Assembly: GCA_951406725.2 (NCBI GenBank)
Contig: OX597824.1
Coordinates: 74,214,001 to 74,278,000 of the forward strand
Length of the DNA: 64,000 nucleotides
Reading direction: 5' to 3'
DNA from: Octopus vulgaris
Taxonomy: Eukaryota
A model generated the notes under the pieces. It did no database searches. It saw only the letters and a program-made list of their open reading frames with translations, and was not told the DNA's origin. The translations under genes were made by a program, and so were the position numbers. This document shows, in pieces, positions 40,059 to 50,716 of this stretch (position 1 is its first letter; the number at the start of each line of letters is the position of its first letter).

Positions 40059-40879
40059 AGTGTGCTAATGATTCTGCCAGCTTGCTGCCTTAATAATAAT
40101 AATAATAGTAATAGTGATGATGATGATGTATATGAAATTGAGATGAATACTGCAATGTTAATTTCTAATAATGATAATGATTACTGTATTTAAAAGGTTT
40201 AACAAACCACTCGATGTAACATCAAAATGCTTGGTCCTTCTAATGACCTTTTTTAGATGAGTTTAGTCTCCTCTATGCATTCAAACCAGATTCATGTTTT
40301 CATCCAAACCTATCAGTTTTTATACTGCAGATGTTTAGACTGGACATCAGTCTCACTAATAAGGGTGAAGGGCCTGCAATAGTCAGGGCCAATTTCTTAT
40401 TTTCATTGAAATAAATTATTGGAAGGGAGCAAAAGGGGAATAAAAAAACAAACATAACAAAAGAGATTTTATCGTTTTGGTGAGTCAAGCTTGCCTATCA
40501 CTTGACTGGCCTAATTTTTCCATGTAGTTTGGAATGTGTGTGTACAACAGCTGTTTGTACTACTGTAATGTGGGTTATGCTTTCACTGTCTTGTTTTCTT
40601 TTTTTCTGGTAGTCCTTTAACTCTATTAATTGTACGAGTAATAGTAATAATTATCTTTTCTTCATTAGCCACAAGAGCTTACAGAGATACAATAAACATG
40701 AAGAATGTTAATCAAGGGGTTTGCAAAGATATGCGTGGAGTCAGAGGAAAAAAATTTTTGCAGAAACAGAGAAGTGACAGATGTTGTGTAATGGAAGTGG
40801 AGACAACTTTAAGAATTAATAAGGACTTAAGTAATTACACAGAAATAAATAAAAAAAAAAAAAAGAGAGGATAAACTTT

Positions 40880-41630
40880 TCAATCTCATGGTTTCGGGTT
40901 CAGTCCTTGGGCAAGTGCCTTCTACTATAGCCTCAGGCTGACCAACGCCTTGTGAGTAGATTTAGTTGACAGAAACTCAAAGAAGCCTGTAGTGTATTTG
41001 CATATATCTACATGTGTGTGTCTGTGTTTGTCCCCCACCTCTGCTTGACAACCAGTGGTGGTGTGTTTACGTCCCTGTAATTTAGTGGTTCAGCAAAAAA
41101 GACCAATAGAATAATTGCTAGGCGTAGGAGTGGCTGTGTGGTAAGTAGCTTGCTTATGAACTACATAGTTCCGGGTTCAGTCCCACTGCGTGGCACCTTG
41201 GGTAAGTGTCTTCTACAAAAGCCTTGGGCCGACCAAAGCCTTGTGAGTGGATGTGGTAGACGGAAACTGAAAGAAGCCTGTCGTATATGTATTATATATA
41301 CGTATGTGTGTATGTATATGTTTGTGTATATGTTTGTGTGTCTGTGTTTGTCTCCCCAACATCGGTTGTCAAGCAATGCTGGTGTGCTTACGGTTCGGCA
41401 AAAGAGACTGATAGAATAAGTACTGGGCTTCCAAAGAATAAGTCCTGGGGTCGATGTGCTCGACTAAAGGCGGTGCTCCAGCATGGCCACAGTCAAAATG
41501 ACTGAAACAAGTAAAAGAGTAAAAGAGGCTTAAAAATAACAAGGTTAATTTGTTCGACTGAACTTTTCAAGGCGATGTCCCAGCATGGCCGCAGTCAAAT
41601 GACTGAAACAAGTAAAAGATAAAAGATAAG
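40880..41630 (+). mobile_element. Nested SINE family A copies
   Basis: Younger copy at about 41121-41527 inserted in an older copy whose tail resumes at about 41528. Confidence 0.82.
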
Positions 41631-42869
41631 ATTAAAACTGAAACAAGATATACTGTAAACAATAAAAGAAAAAAGAGGAAGAAAATATATGGAAAACATT
41701 TAGGATTCTCACCCACATATGAGCGAGAAATCATTTGTCAGATCATTTGTCACCCCATCCATGTCTCTACCCACCTGCCATTATTTGCACTACTGTCTGG
41801 TGCAATAAAAGGTGCTAATTAACATTTTCTGCATGAATTATCTCTTATAGTGTGAACCTAATTGTTTTTCATTGATTTGTACTTCCAAGCACAGTACTAC
41901 AGTACTTACTGCAAAAATATGTCATTGTGTTAATAAGGCACTGGTTATTCCTATGTAGGATAGTGAATTTCAATTCACCTTTTTCTTTGCTCCTGTCTTC
42001 ATTATTGTTTTCAGGTTGATGCTCCCCTTTACACATTTTTGCTGTTGTTTATCCCCTCCTTTTGGCCTTTCACTTTTTTTTCCTTTTTCTTCATTAGAGT
42101 TGTAACAAGGATGAAAGGTCTTGAACGCTTGAGGGGTGCAGGTCTCATCCCGTTACATTGAATTATTTGTCAAAGGAAAATGAAGATTTTGAATATCTTT
42201 AACAGCATAAATAATATTTATTTTTTCTGGATTCGCAATAATATATCATCATCATCATTTAACGTCTGTTTTCCATGCTAGCATGGGTTGGACGGTTCGA
42301 CCGGGGTCTGGTAAGCCATGGAGACTGCACCAGGCTCAAGTCTGATTTGGCAGTGTTTCTACAGCTGGATGCCCTTCCTAACACCAACCACTCCGTGAGT
42401 GTAGTGGGTGTTTCTTACGTGCCACCGGCACATTTCCTTCAGGGCGAACCGGTAGCCATTGGGAGCTAGTCACTGTCGTTAAATGGTGTGAACCAAATCC
42501 TGTTTCGCTCCAGCATAGTGTAGCTTCGCTACATGTTGGCTTTCTTGGGAGACCTATGATAACACATCCATTCAATTCGGTGTCCGCTTCGAGAGAGATC
42601 GATACAGTGGGAAATCTTGCTGTTGCTAGTTCTCTGAGCATGCGCATAAGGGAACTTCCAGCGGCGTCCCGGAAGAAATCCAGCTCTGCACATGTGCGCT
42701 GAAGACTTCCAAAATGGCATTACTACAGAGTAAATAGTAATCTGCAGCAAACGTCCATATCTGAAAGTTATTTCTTTATCTGTCACCTGTATTCTTTCCC
42801 TTGATCAGCTCAGGTTCCCATAGAGAGACACCCATGGGTGAGGAATCATCACACTGAATTCATGAATCA

Positions 42870-43032
42870 TATCTCTGAAGAATTTCCTCGCTATCATTTG
42901 CTCTCTTCATGACAGCGTAAAGTTCATTGTTATCAAATGGGTCAGCATCACTGTCATTTGAGGTCAAAAGTAGTGTGAAGCAAGGGGATGTCTTTACACT
43001 AAGTCTCTTCTTATTATACTTCTGTACTGTTC
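42870..43032 (+). mobile_element. RTE-type LINE reverse transcriptase fragment
   Basis: SNGSASLSFEVKSSVKQGDVFTLSLFLLYF resembles the RT motif GVKQGCVLAPTLF. Confidence 0.7.
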
Positions 43033-43040
43033 ATCTAGCT

Positions 43041-43576
43041 CAGTGGTTTCCAAAATGGGCTGTACTGCCCCCTTGGGGGCAGTGGAAAGATCCAGGGGGG
43101 ACATTGAAGAAAAGTAGGATGATAATGGGGCAGCCAAGATGGGGTGATAGATGTAAAATATATATATATATATTTTGATAGGTTAATTAGGTTTAAGTTT
43201 TATGGATCTTTACCTTTTGACCTACAGATTTAAAAAATAATTTTTTGTAACTAAGCACTTTCAAACTTCGGACACTGGTAGAATGTGGCATATAAAATAT
43301 CTTTTACTGTTAGCATTTTTGAGAAAAACTTATATTCACAAAGTTATTTCATGTTAAAGTTCTCGTATTTCGGTAATTTCAACCAATCAATGACGTGTAT
43401 TTCAGCTGAATAAAATTACAAAAAGGTAAAGATCCAGTTTTATTTGTGAAATACAGTTGTTTTGAATTTGCTGCAGAAAGTGGTCTATATTTGCAGTGGG
43501 TGGGGGTGAAGGGGTATCTAGGAATGTGTCATTGATGCCAAGGGGGCAGCAGCCTGCAAAAGTTTGGGAACTACTG
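43041..43576. mobile_element. hAT (Charlie-like) MITE
   Basis: CAGTGGTTTCCAAA / TTTGGGAACTACTG TIR; exact 8-bp TSD ATCTAGCT. Confidence 0.88.
43204..43435. mobile_element. GGATCT-TIR MITE nested in the hAT MITE
   Basis: GGATCTTTACCTTTT TIR; exact 8-bp TSD AGTTTTAT. Confidence 0.88.
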
Positions 43577-44045
43577 ATCTAGCTGATGTAAATGAAAACC
43601 TGCTTCGCATTTAGATCTAAAAACCAGGTGTTCTTAGATCTAAGTGTGTTCTAAAAGGTGTTCTTTAGATCTAAGAACCAGAAGACAATCCTTGTTGAAG
43701 TATATAATATCAATGAATGCCAGTATATGTTTGACAATGTGTGTGTGTGCCCTGATTTTGACATTATGTGATGGTAGCAAATAAGCATTGCTGTCATATA
43801 AGTGATGTTCCTTCCAGTCTTACATGAAAAAACATGTTTAGCTATGAAAAAAATATAATCTTACTTGGAACTGGTTGAGTGTTGGTGACAGGAGAGGCAT
43901 CCAGCAGTAGTACAAAAATCTGCTTCATAATTTCTGTGTGTCCCATGCAAGTATGGAAAAGTGGACATTAAATGATGCTGATTATGTTAAGGAATGCATT
44001 TTCTGATGTCTGATTTAATCTCGATTTTCCATTATTCTCTTACAG

Positions 44046-44178
44046 TTTGGTATCAAGGATAGAGCCTGAAGATATTCCCAATACATTTCTCAATGTTGCC
44101 AGTGCTATTGTCTCTGTAAACCTTACTTGGGATATAGTGGTTCGGTTCTTTTACTTTGCCTACAAAATGGCCATCAAG
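44046..44178 (+). CDS. BAX: BAX-like exon, alpha3-alpha5 with atypical BH1
   Basis: ctcttacag acceptor, aag|gtgagt donor; 133 nt, phase 2-0; LVSRIEPEDIPNTFLNVASAIVSVNLTWDIVVRFFYFAYKMAIK aligns to BAX FFRVAADMFSDGNFNWGRVVALFYFASKLVLK. Confidence 0.93.
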
Positions 44179-44205
44179 GTGAGTTCTAACAACTGCTTTA
44201 TAGTT

Positions 44206-44284
44206 CTATGTTTAAGAGATGAGGAATTATGTACATTATTTACATCCGACAGATATTTGTCCTCATCTTGTTTGTTGTTAACAC
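44206..44284 (-). mobile_element. Retroposed 3' fragment of the hammerhead SINE in a BAX intron
   Basis: Near-identical to 60602-60680; TSD TTTATAGTT at 44197-44205 and 44285-44293. Confidence 0.8.
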
Positions 44285-44553
44285 TTTATAGTTTTTTTTC
44301 TTTTTGCTTTAAACCTTGCTCCATTTGGCAGAGGGTCAGTTATGTTCTGAATTCAAATTGCTTGGAAGTCAACTTTGCCTTTTATCCTTTTGGGATCGAT
44401 AAATTAAGTAGGGGTTGTTGTAGCCAACTAGCCCCATTCTCCCCAAAATTTCAGACTTTGTGCCTATAGTAGAAAGGATTGTTTTTGTTATGTGCTTTTT
44501 CTTTGTTTCCCATGCTGAATGTTAAAACCTTTTTTTCTTTTTATATATTTCAG

Positions 44554-44652
44554 GCATTGGACCGGATTCCTTTAATCCGAGCCATCATCAACTTAGTTAT
44601 TAATTTTATAGTAGACAATCTTGCTGATTGGATTCTATCTCGAGGTGGATGG
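44554..44652 (+). CDS. BAX: BAX-like exon, alpha6 to BH2
   Basis: tttcag acceptor, tgg|gtgagt donor; 99 nt, phase 0-0; ALDRIPLIRAIINLVINFIVDNLADWILSRGGW; intron after GGW is the conserved Bcl-2 family position. Confidence 0.95.
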
Positions 44653-44709
44653 GTGAGTAAATATTTTAGAATTTTTTGGTAAAATTCAATTGGGGAGAGA
44701 TAATTAGTT

Positions 44710-45900
44710 CCCTGATGTCTTCCATGGTCTCCCTCTTCTGCAGATTCCACTAACTCGCAGTGCTTGGCATTCCGTTATGTGGCAGTTGTCCTCTAGAAGT
44801 CTTTGCTAATTTTCTGCATTCAAGGCCCATGACTTGCTACCTTACAGTATCACTGTTCTAACACAAACATCATACATTACTATGAAGTAAAAGACCTTTG
44901 TTGCCAGTAATTAACTTTTCCCAACCTGTTCTTACCCTGGCTTCAGCAGTTTATAAACAAGCAACTCTCCTGCTACTAAAGTCACATAGGTAATAGAAGC
45001 TATTAACTACATCTAGTCTGTCTGCCAGTATTTACTCCAGCTGTATCAGGGCCAAATATTCTACCTGTTTTATTTTCAAGTTAACCACATCATCCCTCTC
45101 ATTACTACCCTACAATGTCATTCTAAAAATAAACAATCATGTCATTTGAAATCTCACAGTTATGAGATCATCATCATCATCATCGTTTAACGTCCGCTTT
45201 CCATGGTAGCATGGGTTGGATGATTTGACTGAGGTCTGGCAAACCAGATGGCTGCACCAGACTCCAGTCTGATCTGGCAGAGTTTCTACAGCTGGATGCC
45301 CTTCCTAACGCCAACCACTCCGAGAGTGTAGTGGGTGCTTTTAAATGCCACCGGCACGAGGGCCAGTCAGGTGATACTGGCAACGGCCACACTCAGATGG
45401 TGCTTTTTATGTACCACCTGCACAGGAGCCAGTCCAGCGGCGCTGGTAACGTCCTCTCAAAACAGTCTGTATAAATAAGCATTACATTTGGCAGAGTAAT
45501 CTGAATGTTAAAGGGTTAAGAGAATCTATTTCTAATGTGTTCACGGTACATATTGCTCCAGTGCATCTGCCACAGGCAAAACACCTTCTCTGTTAGCCTG
45601 CCTGTGATTCCACTAAATTTCTTACCTGTCCAATGGGTACAGAACTTTTCTGCATTTTGAGCAAGGCAGTTTCCTTGACTACACCAGGGTTCTGTTTCCT
45701 TTCCTCCTTCCTAGCACTTTGAGTTTACCTTAAGCCCCTTAATTCTAGATTTAGTTGCCATGCCTGGAATTTCTTTTCTAATTCTGCTATAGAACTAGAT
45801 TACCAACATATAGGAGTGCTCAAGGACACTCACTCTTGAAAGTTCACTGTGATAGCCTATAGGACTGATGAATAGACGATATGAGAAATGAGTCTTAATG
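44710..45900 (-). mobile_element. Decayed RTE-type LINE RT fragment, interrupted by a MITE and a family C copy (about 45045-45520)
   Basis: Minus-strand FKSECP*ALLYVGNLV (cf. PWELLYADDLV), AELEKKFQAWQLNLELRGLKVN and MYDVCVRTVIL*GSKSWAL. Confidence 0.65.
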
Positions 45901-46536
45901 GACCCCTGTCTTCATGCTGAAAAAATTTTACTTAGATGTTAGAGGTGGGGAGACCTTAGCTGTTTCTTGGCAATACATACCAATACATACATCTAAGTAA
46001 AAAATTTTCAGGGGCCCTTAAAATACTATTGTGCATGCCCAATTTACTATTTCATTACATGGAACCTGGCTGAAAGGAATGAGGACAGAAACATTCCTCT
46101 TTGGTAAAGCTCTCATCGACTTTTTCAAGTTTCACTTGAAAAGGAGAGTGAGGTGCAACCCTTGAATGAATTTATGAAAAGGTGGGTGAAAGTTACACAA
46201 ATAGCAAGAGTGGATGGTACCACTCTAAGTGTAGAGTTGTGAGTCGGAAGAAAGGAGATGGAGAGGGCTCCCGTACTTGGTATTCAGAGTGATCTTGGAT
46301 GGTGGGGTTCTTTAATTATCCCTAGAGGTCCTCCTGAATCAAGGGAATTCCTCATCACGATCCTTTTTTTCTAGTGTCATATACTAAGTATACTTCCCTT
46401 CTAATGTTTATCATGTATACTCCTTATTTTATCATTCCATTATATGTAAACCTCCACACTTTATGTCTGTCTTTGTATTGTCCCCTTCATCCTTCACCCT
46501 GGTGGCGAATAAATGAAATCATTACTAATATTATTA

Positions 46537-46875
46537 TTACCTCTGCCTTGTTTGTTTGTTTGTCCGTGAACAAGATATCTCAAGAACCACTGGATGGATT
46601 CAGATGAAACTTTCAGGGATGTTTGACCTAATGACTGGCATGAGCTAATTAGATTTTGGGATCAATCTGGTTCCGGACAAGGACTCTGAATTATTTTTCC
46701 TGTTTTTTTTTACTTAATTTTTAAGAGCAGTTGGGTTCATTTTTAGTATTCTCATTTGTGAGAGCAGTCGAGTTTATTTCAGATATTCTCATTTTAAAAA
46801 TCATCTCTGGCTAATCGTTGAGAGGATGTTAGTGTTGCCTTGGTGGAGGCTTGCGCTATCTGAGTGTTCTTGTTA
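46537..46875. mobile_element. Same family as 39350-40058, inverted orientation
   Basis: CAAGATATCTCAAGAACCACTGGATGGATT and ATATTCTCATTTTAAAAATCATC blocks are reverse complements of the upstream copy. Confidence 0.7.
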
Positions 46876-47109
46876 TTTATTATTATTGTTAAGGCAAAAT
46901 GCTTAACAGCATTTCATCTGATTTTATGTTCTGGGTTCCAATTCCACAAAGGTCAACATTACCTTTCATTCTTTCAGGGTTGATAAAATAAGTATCAGTT
47001 GAGCACTGGGGTTAATTAATTAACAATTTAGTCCCTCTCCCAAAAATTGCTGGCCTCGTTGCCAAAATTTGAAACCAGTAATTATTTTACATTTTCTTTG
47101 TATTTACAG

Positions 47110-47220
47110 GAAGCCATCGTGGAATATTTTGGCACCCCAAAGAGGCAAGCCTTTGGTGTTTTAATAGCCGGTGTTCTTATCAGTGTTGGCGTCTATGCGT
47201 GGAAGAGTTTGGGTGATTAA
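47110..47220 (+). CDS. BAX: BAX-like terminal coding exon, alpha9 transmembrane tail and stop
   Basis: tttacag acceptor; EAIVEYFGTPKRQAFGVLIAGVLISVGVYAWKSLGD* versus human DGLLSYFGTPTWQTVTIFVAGVLTASLTIWKKMG; the YFGTP motif points to BAX rather than BAK or BCL2. Confidence 0.95.
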   Translation, partial: EAIVEYFGTPKRQAFGVLIAGVLISVGVYAWKSLGD

Positions 47221-48028
47221 AAATGAGTTAATCCATTGAACAAAAAAATAATTAAAAAAAATATTCTAAAATTTGGTCAGTACAATACACAAGAATTAAA
47301 GAAAAAAAAAATGACAATAATGGAAACAGGAAAGAAAAAAAATGAAGCTAAAAGCAAACTTGTCCCCTCTGTTCTCTCGGTGGTGCACAAGAAATTAATT
47401 CATTGTTTTTTACTTGTAATTTATTTTAATTTTTCTTGTTTTTTTCCTTTCCTTCCACCTCCAACTTCCCACTTAATTCATTTTTCCTTTCTTTCCCTCT
47501 TTGTCTCTCTCTTTCTCTCTCTCCTTTACTCAGACCCCTCTTCTTGTCCCTCTTTCCCCCTGCAGTAACAGCTAAGTCTCACGGTATGGTGAATCCTCTT
47601 CAGTTTGCAATATACATTAAAATCCTTAAAAAAATAAATAAATAAATAAATAAAAATATTGAGCCCTACACTGTCCCCATCCCAACCTATCCTCCTTATA
47701 AAAAAAAGAATGGTAAAGGAACCAAATTGGAACAGTTGGACGACTTTTTTTTTTCCTTGATTTTTAAGGAAAAAAATATTTCTGCTGATTTAAAAAGAAA
47801 CAAAACAAAATGTCTTCTTTTTTTGAATTTTTATTTTGACAAAACAACAGAACATTAATATCTATTTAATGTTTTTACACGATTTATTGTTTTTTTTGTT
47901 TTTGTTTTTAGGGGGCATGAAAGAAAGAAAGAAATGAAATGAAAAGTTCCGATATTTTGATAACATTTTTTTGCTTATTTTGTTTTTTGTTTTCTTTTTT
48001 ATTATTATTATTATTATTATGATTATTA

Positions 48029-49699
48029 AGGTGGCAACACAGCAGAATCGTAAGCATGCCAGATGAAATGCTTAGCGGCATTTCATTTGCCTTTACATTC
48101 TGAGTTCAAATTCCGCCGAGGTCGACTTTACCTTTCATCCTTTCGGGGTCGATAAATTAAGCACCAGTGAAACACTGGGGTCAATGATATTGACTTGTCT
48201 CCTCCCCAAAAATTTCCGGCCTTTTGGCTTTAGTAGGAAGGATTATTAAGATGGCAAGGCTGACAGAATCATTAGCGTGCCGGACAGAATTCTTATTAGC
48301 ATTCCTTCTGGCTTTATGTTTTGAGTTCAAATTCCACCGAGGTCAACTTTGCCTTTCATCCTTTCAGTCTCAATAAAATCAACTAGCTTCCCCACCCTGC
48401 AAAAAAGATTTCAGGCTCTGTGCCTAATGGAGAAAGTATTATCATTATTATTATTATTATTATTGGGCAGTGGGCTGGCAGAATCGTTAACACTTGGGAC
48501 AAAATGCTTAGCATTTCTTCCAGCTTCATGTTTTGGGTTCAAATTCTACCTTGCCTTTCATCCTTTTGGGGTCAATAAAATAAGCTCCAGTTATACACTG
48601 GAATCAATGTAATCAACTTGCCCCCCTTCCCTCCCCAAAAATGTCAGGCTTTGTGGCCTACAGTAGAAAGAATTATTATTATTATTATTATTATCATCAT
48701 CATCATTATTTAAGCAGAATTGTTAGTGTGTCACACAAAATGCTTAGTAGCATTTCTTTTGGCTCTTTACATTTTGGGTTCAAACCCTGCTGAGGTCGAC
48801 TTTGCCTTCCATCGTTTCAGGGCCAATAAAATAAATTACCAGTCAAATGCCAGGGTCAGTGTAAATGACTTGCCCCTCCTTTCAAAATTGCCGACCTTGT
48901 GCTAAAAATTTCAAACAATTATTATTATTAATTTTATTATTATTATTATTATTAGTTGTTGTAGTATCTTTTGTTTTTGTGTGTGTGAATGAGCACATGT
49001 GCAAATATTTGCATAACATCGAAACCCTTCTCCCTTAAAAAAATATGCAAAAATAGCCTCTTAGTGTTAAGAAATTTTTCTTTTTCTTCTTTGTGTTATT
49101 ATAATGATGATGATCATCATCATTATCATCGTATACGGTGGTAGACTAGCAGAATCATTAGAGCACCAGATAAAATAACTTGTGATATTCCAGCTTTTTA
49201 TATCTGGGTTAAAATCCCACCACAGTTTAACTTAACCTTTTTTTCCTTTCAGCTTTGATAAAATTGATAAGAGTCAACTACTAAGGATCGGTGTAATTCA
49301 ACTTCTCTCAAAACTGCTGGCTCTGTACCTAAATTCTGAGCTCAAATACTGCCGAGGTCAACTTTGCCTTTCATCCTCTCAAGTTTGATAAAATAAGAAA
49401 CCAATCAAATACTGGGGGTGGTTGATGTAATCAACTTGCCCCCTCCTCTCAAAATTGCTAGCCTTGTACCAAAATTAGAAAGGTATTATTATTATTATAA
49501 TAAGGTGATGAGCTGGCAGAATTCTTAGCATGCCAGGCATGTTAGCGGCATTTTGTCCATCTTCATGTTCTGGGTTCAAATTCTGCTGAGGTCGAGTTTG
49601 CCTTTCATCCTTTCGGGGTCCATAAAATAAATACCAATTGCCCTTCCCTCTCCTGAACTTATTGGCCTTGTGCCAAAATCATCATCATTATCATCATCA

Positions 49700-49746
<47 letters not shown>

Positions 49747-50665
49747 GATGCTTCTGCTCTTTTCTGAGTTTAAGCAGCACTGATGTCAACTTTGCTTCTG
49801 GGATTGAGAAAATAGTTAAGTACTGGACTTGGTGGTATTGATTAACTTCTTCCTCTTAGAATTGCTGGCCTTGTACCTGAATCCAAATCTTACCAACATC
49901 AACATTCCTCTAGGGTCAATAAAAATAAAGTATCTGTTCAGTACTAGAGTCAAAGGTGTTCCTTAATTTCATCCCTTCAAAATGTCTGGCCTTGTACCTA
50001 AATTAAACACTGTTATTATGATAGTGGACATGGAGACTCGTTAGGGTGCTAAATGTAATGCCCTACGGCATTTGATCTAGCTTTTTCTCATTCCAAGTTC
50101 AAATTCCACCAAACTCAACTTTTGCTTGTCATTGTTCTATATTTTATAAAATGAAGTACCAGTGAAATATTTGGGTTGATTCAATCATCTAATTATTCTT
50201 TCCCATTTGTAACCTCTATCTATGTTAGAAACCATTATTCTTTGATTCAGTAGCAGAGAAAACAAGCTGCATTGTATTAATTACATCTATCTGTGTTCTG
50301 AGTTCAAATTCCATTGATATCAAATTTACCTTTCATCTTGGGGGCAGGGCAAAATAAAAATACGAGTGCTTATTGGGGTGGATGTAACTTGCTATTCCCT
50401 CACCCCAAATCTAAAGCCTTGTGCATAAGAATTATTATTATCATTAGAGTGTGAGAGGTCAGTAAAGTGTTAAAGTTGATGGAGTATCAAATGAAATACC
50501 ATTTTAAGTTCTGCAATGAAATTCAGTCAAGGAGGTGAGGAAGAGAGTTGACATTGCCTTCCATCCTTCTGAGGACATTGAAGAAAATACTGGTAATATA
50601 CTGAGGCCATTTAAGGTGACTGCAACCTTGTGGCATTATGCTTATATATTAGGGTGATGAGCTGA

Positions 50666-50716
<51 letters not shown>

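Noticed and set aside
46030-46380. Possible Tx1/L1-like LINE 3' fragment (LIDFFKFHLKRRVR)
   Set aside because: Similarity too short and degraded to support without a search
47632-47655. AATAAA cluster as the BAX poly(A) signal
   Set aside because: Part of an (AAAT)n simple repeat; plausible but not distinguishable from background
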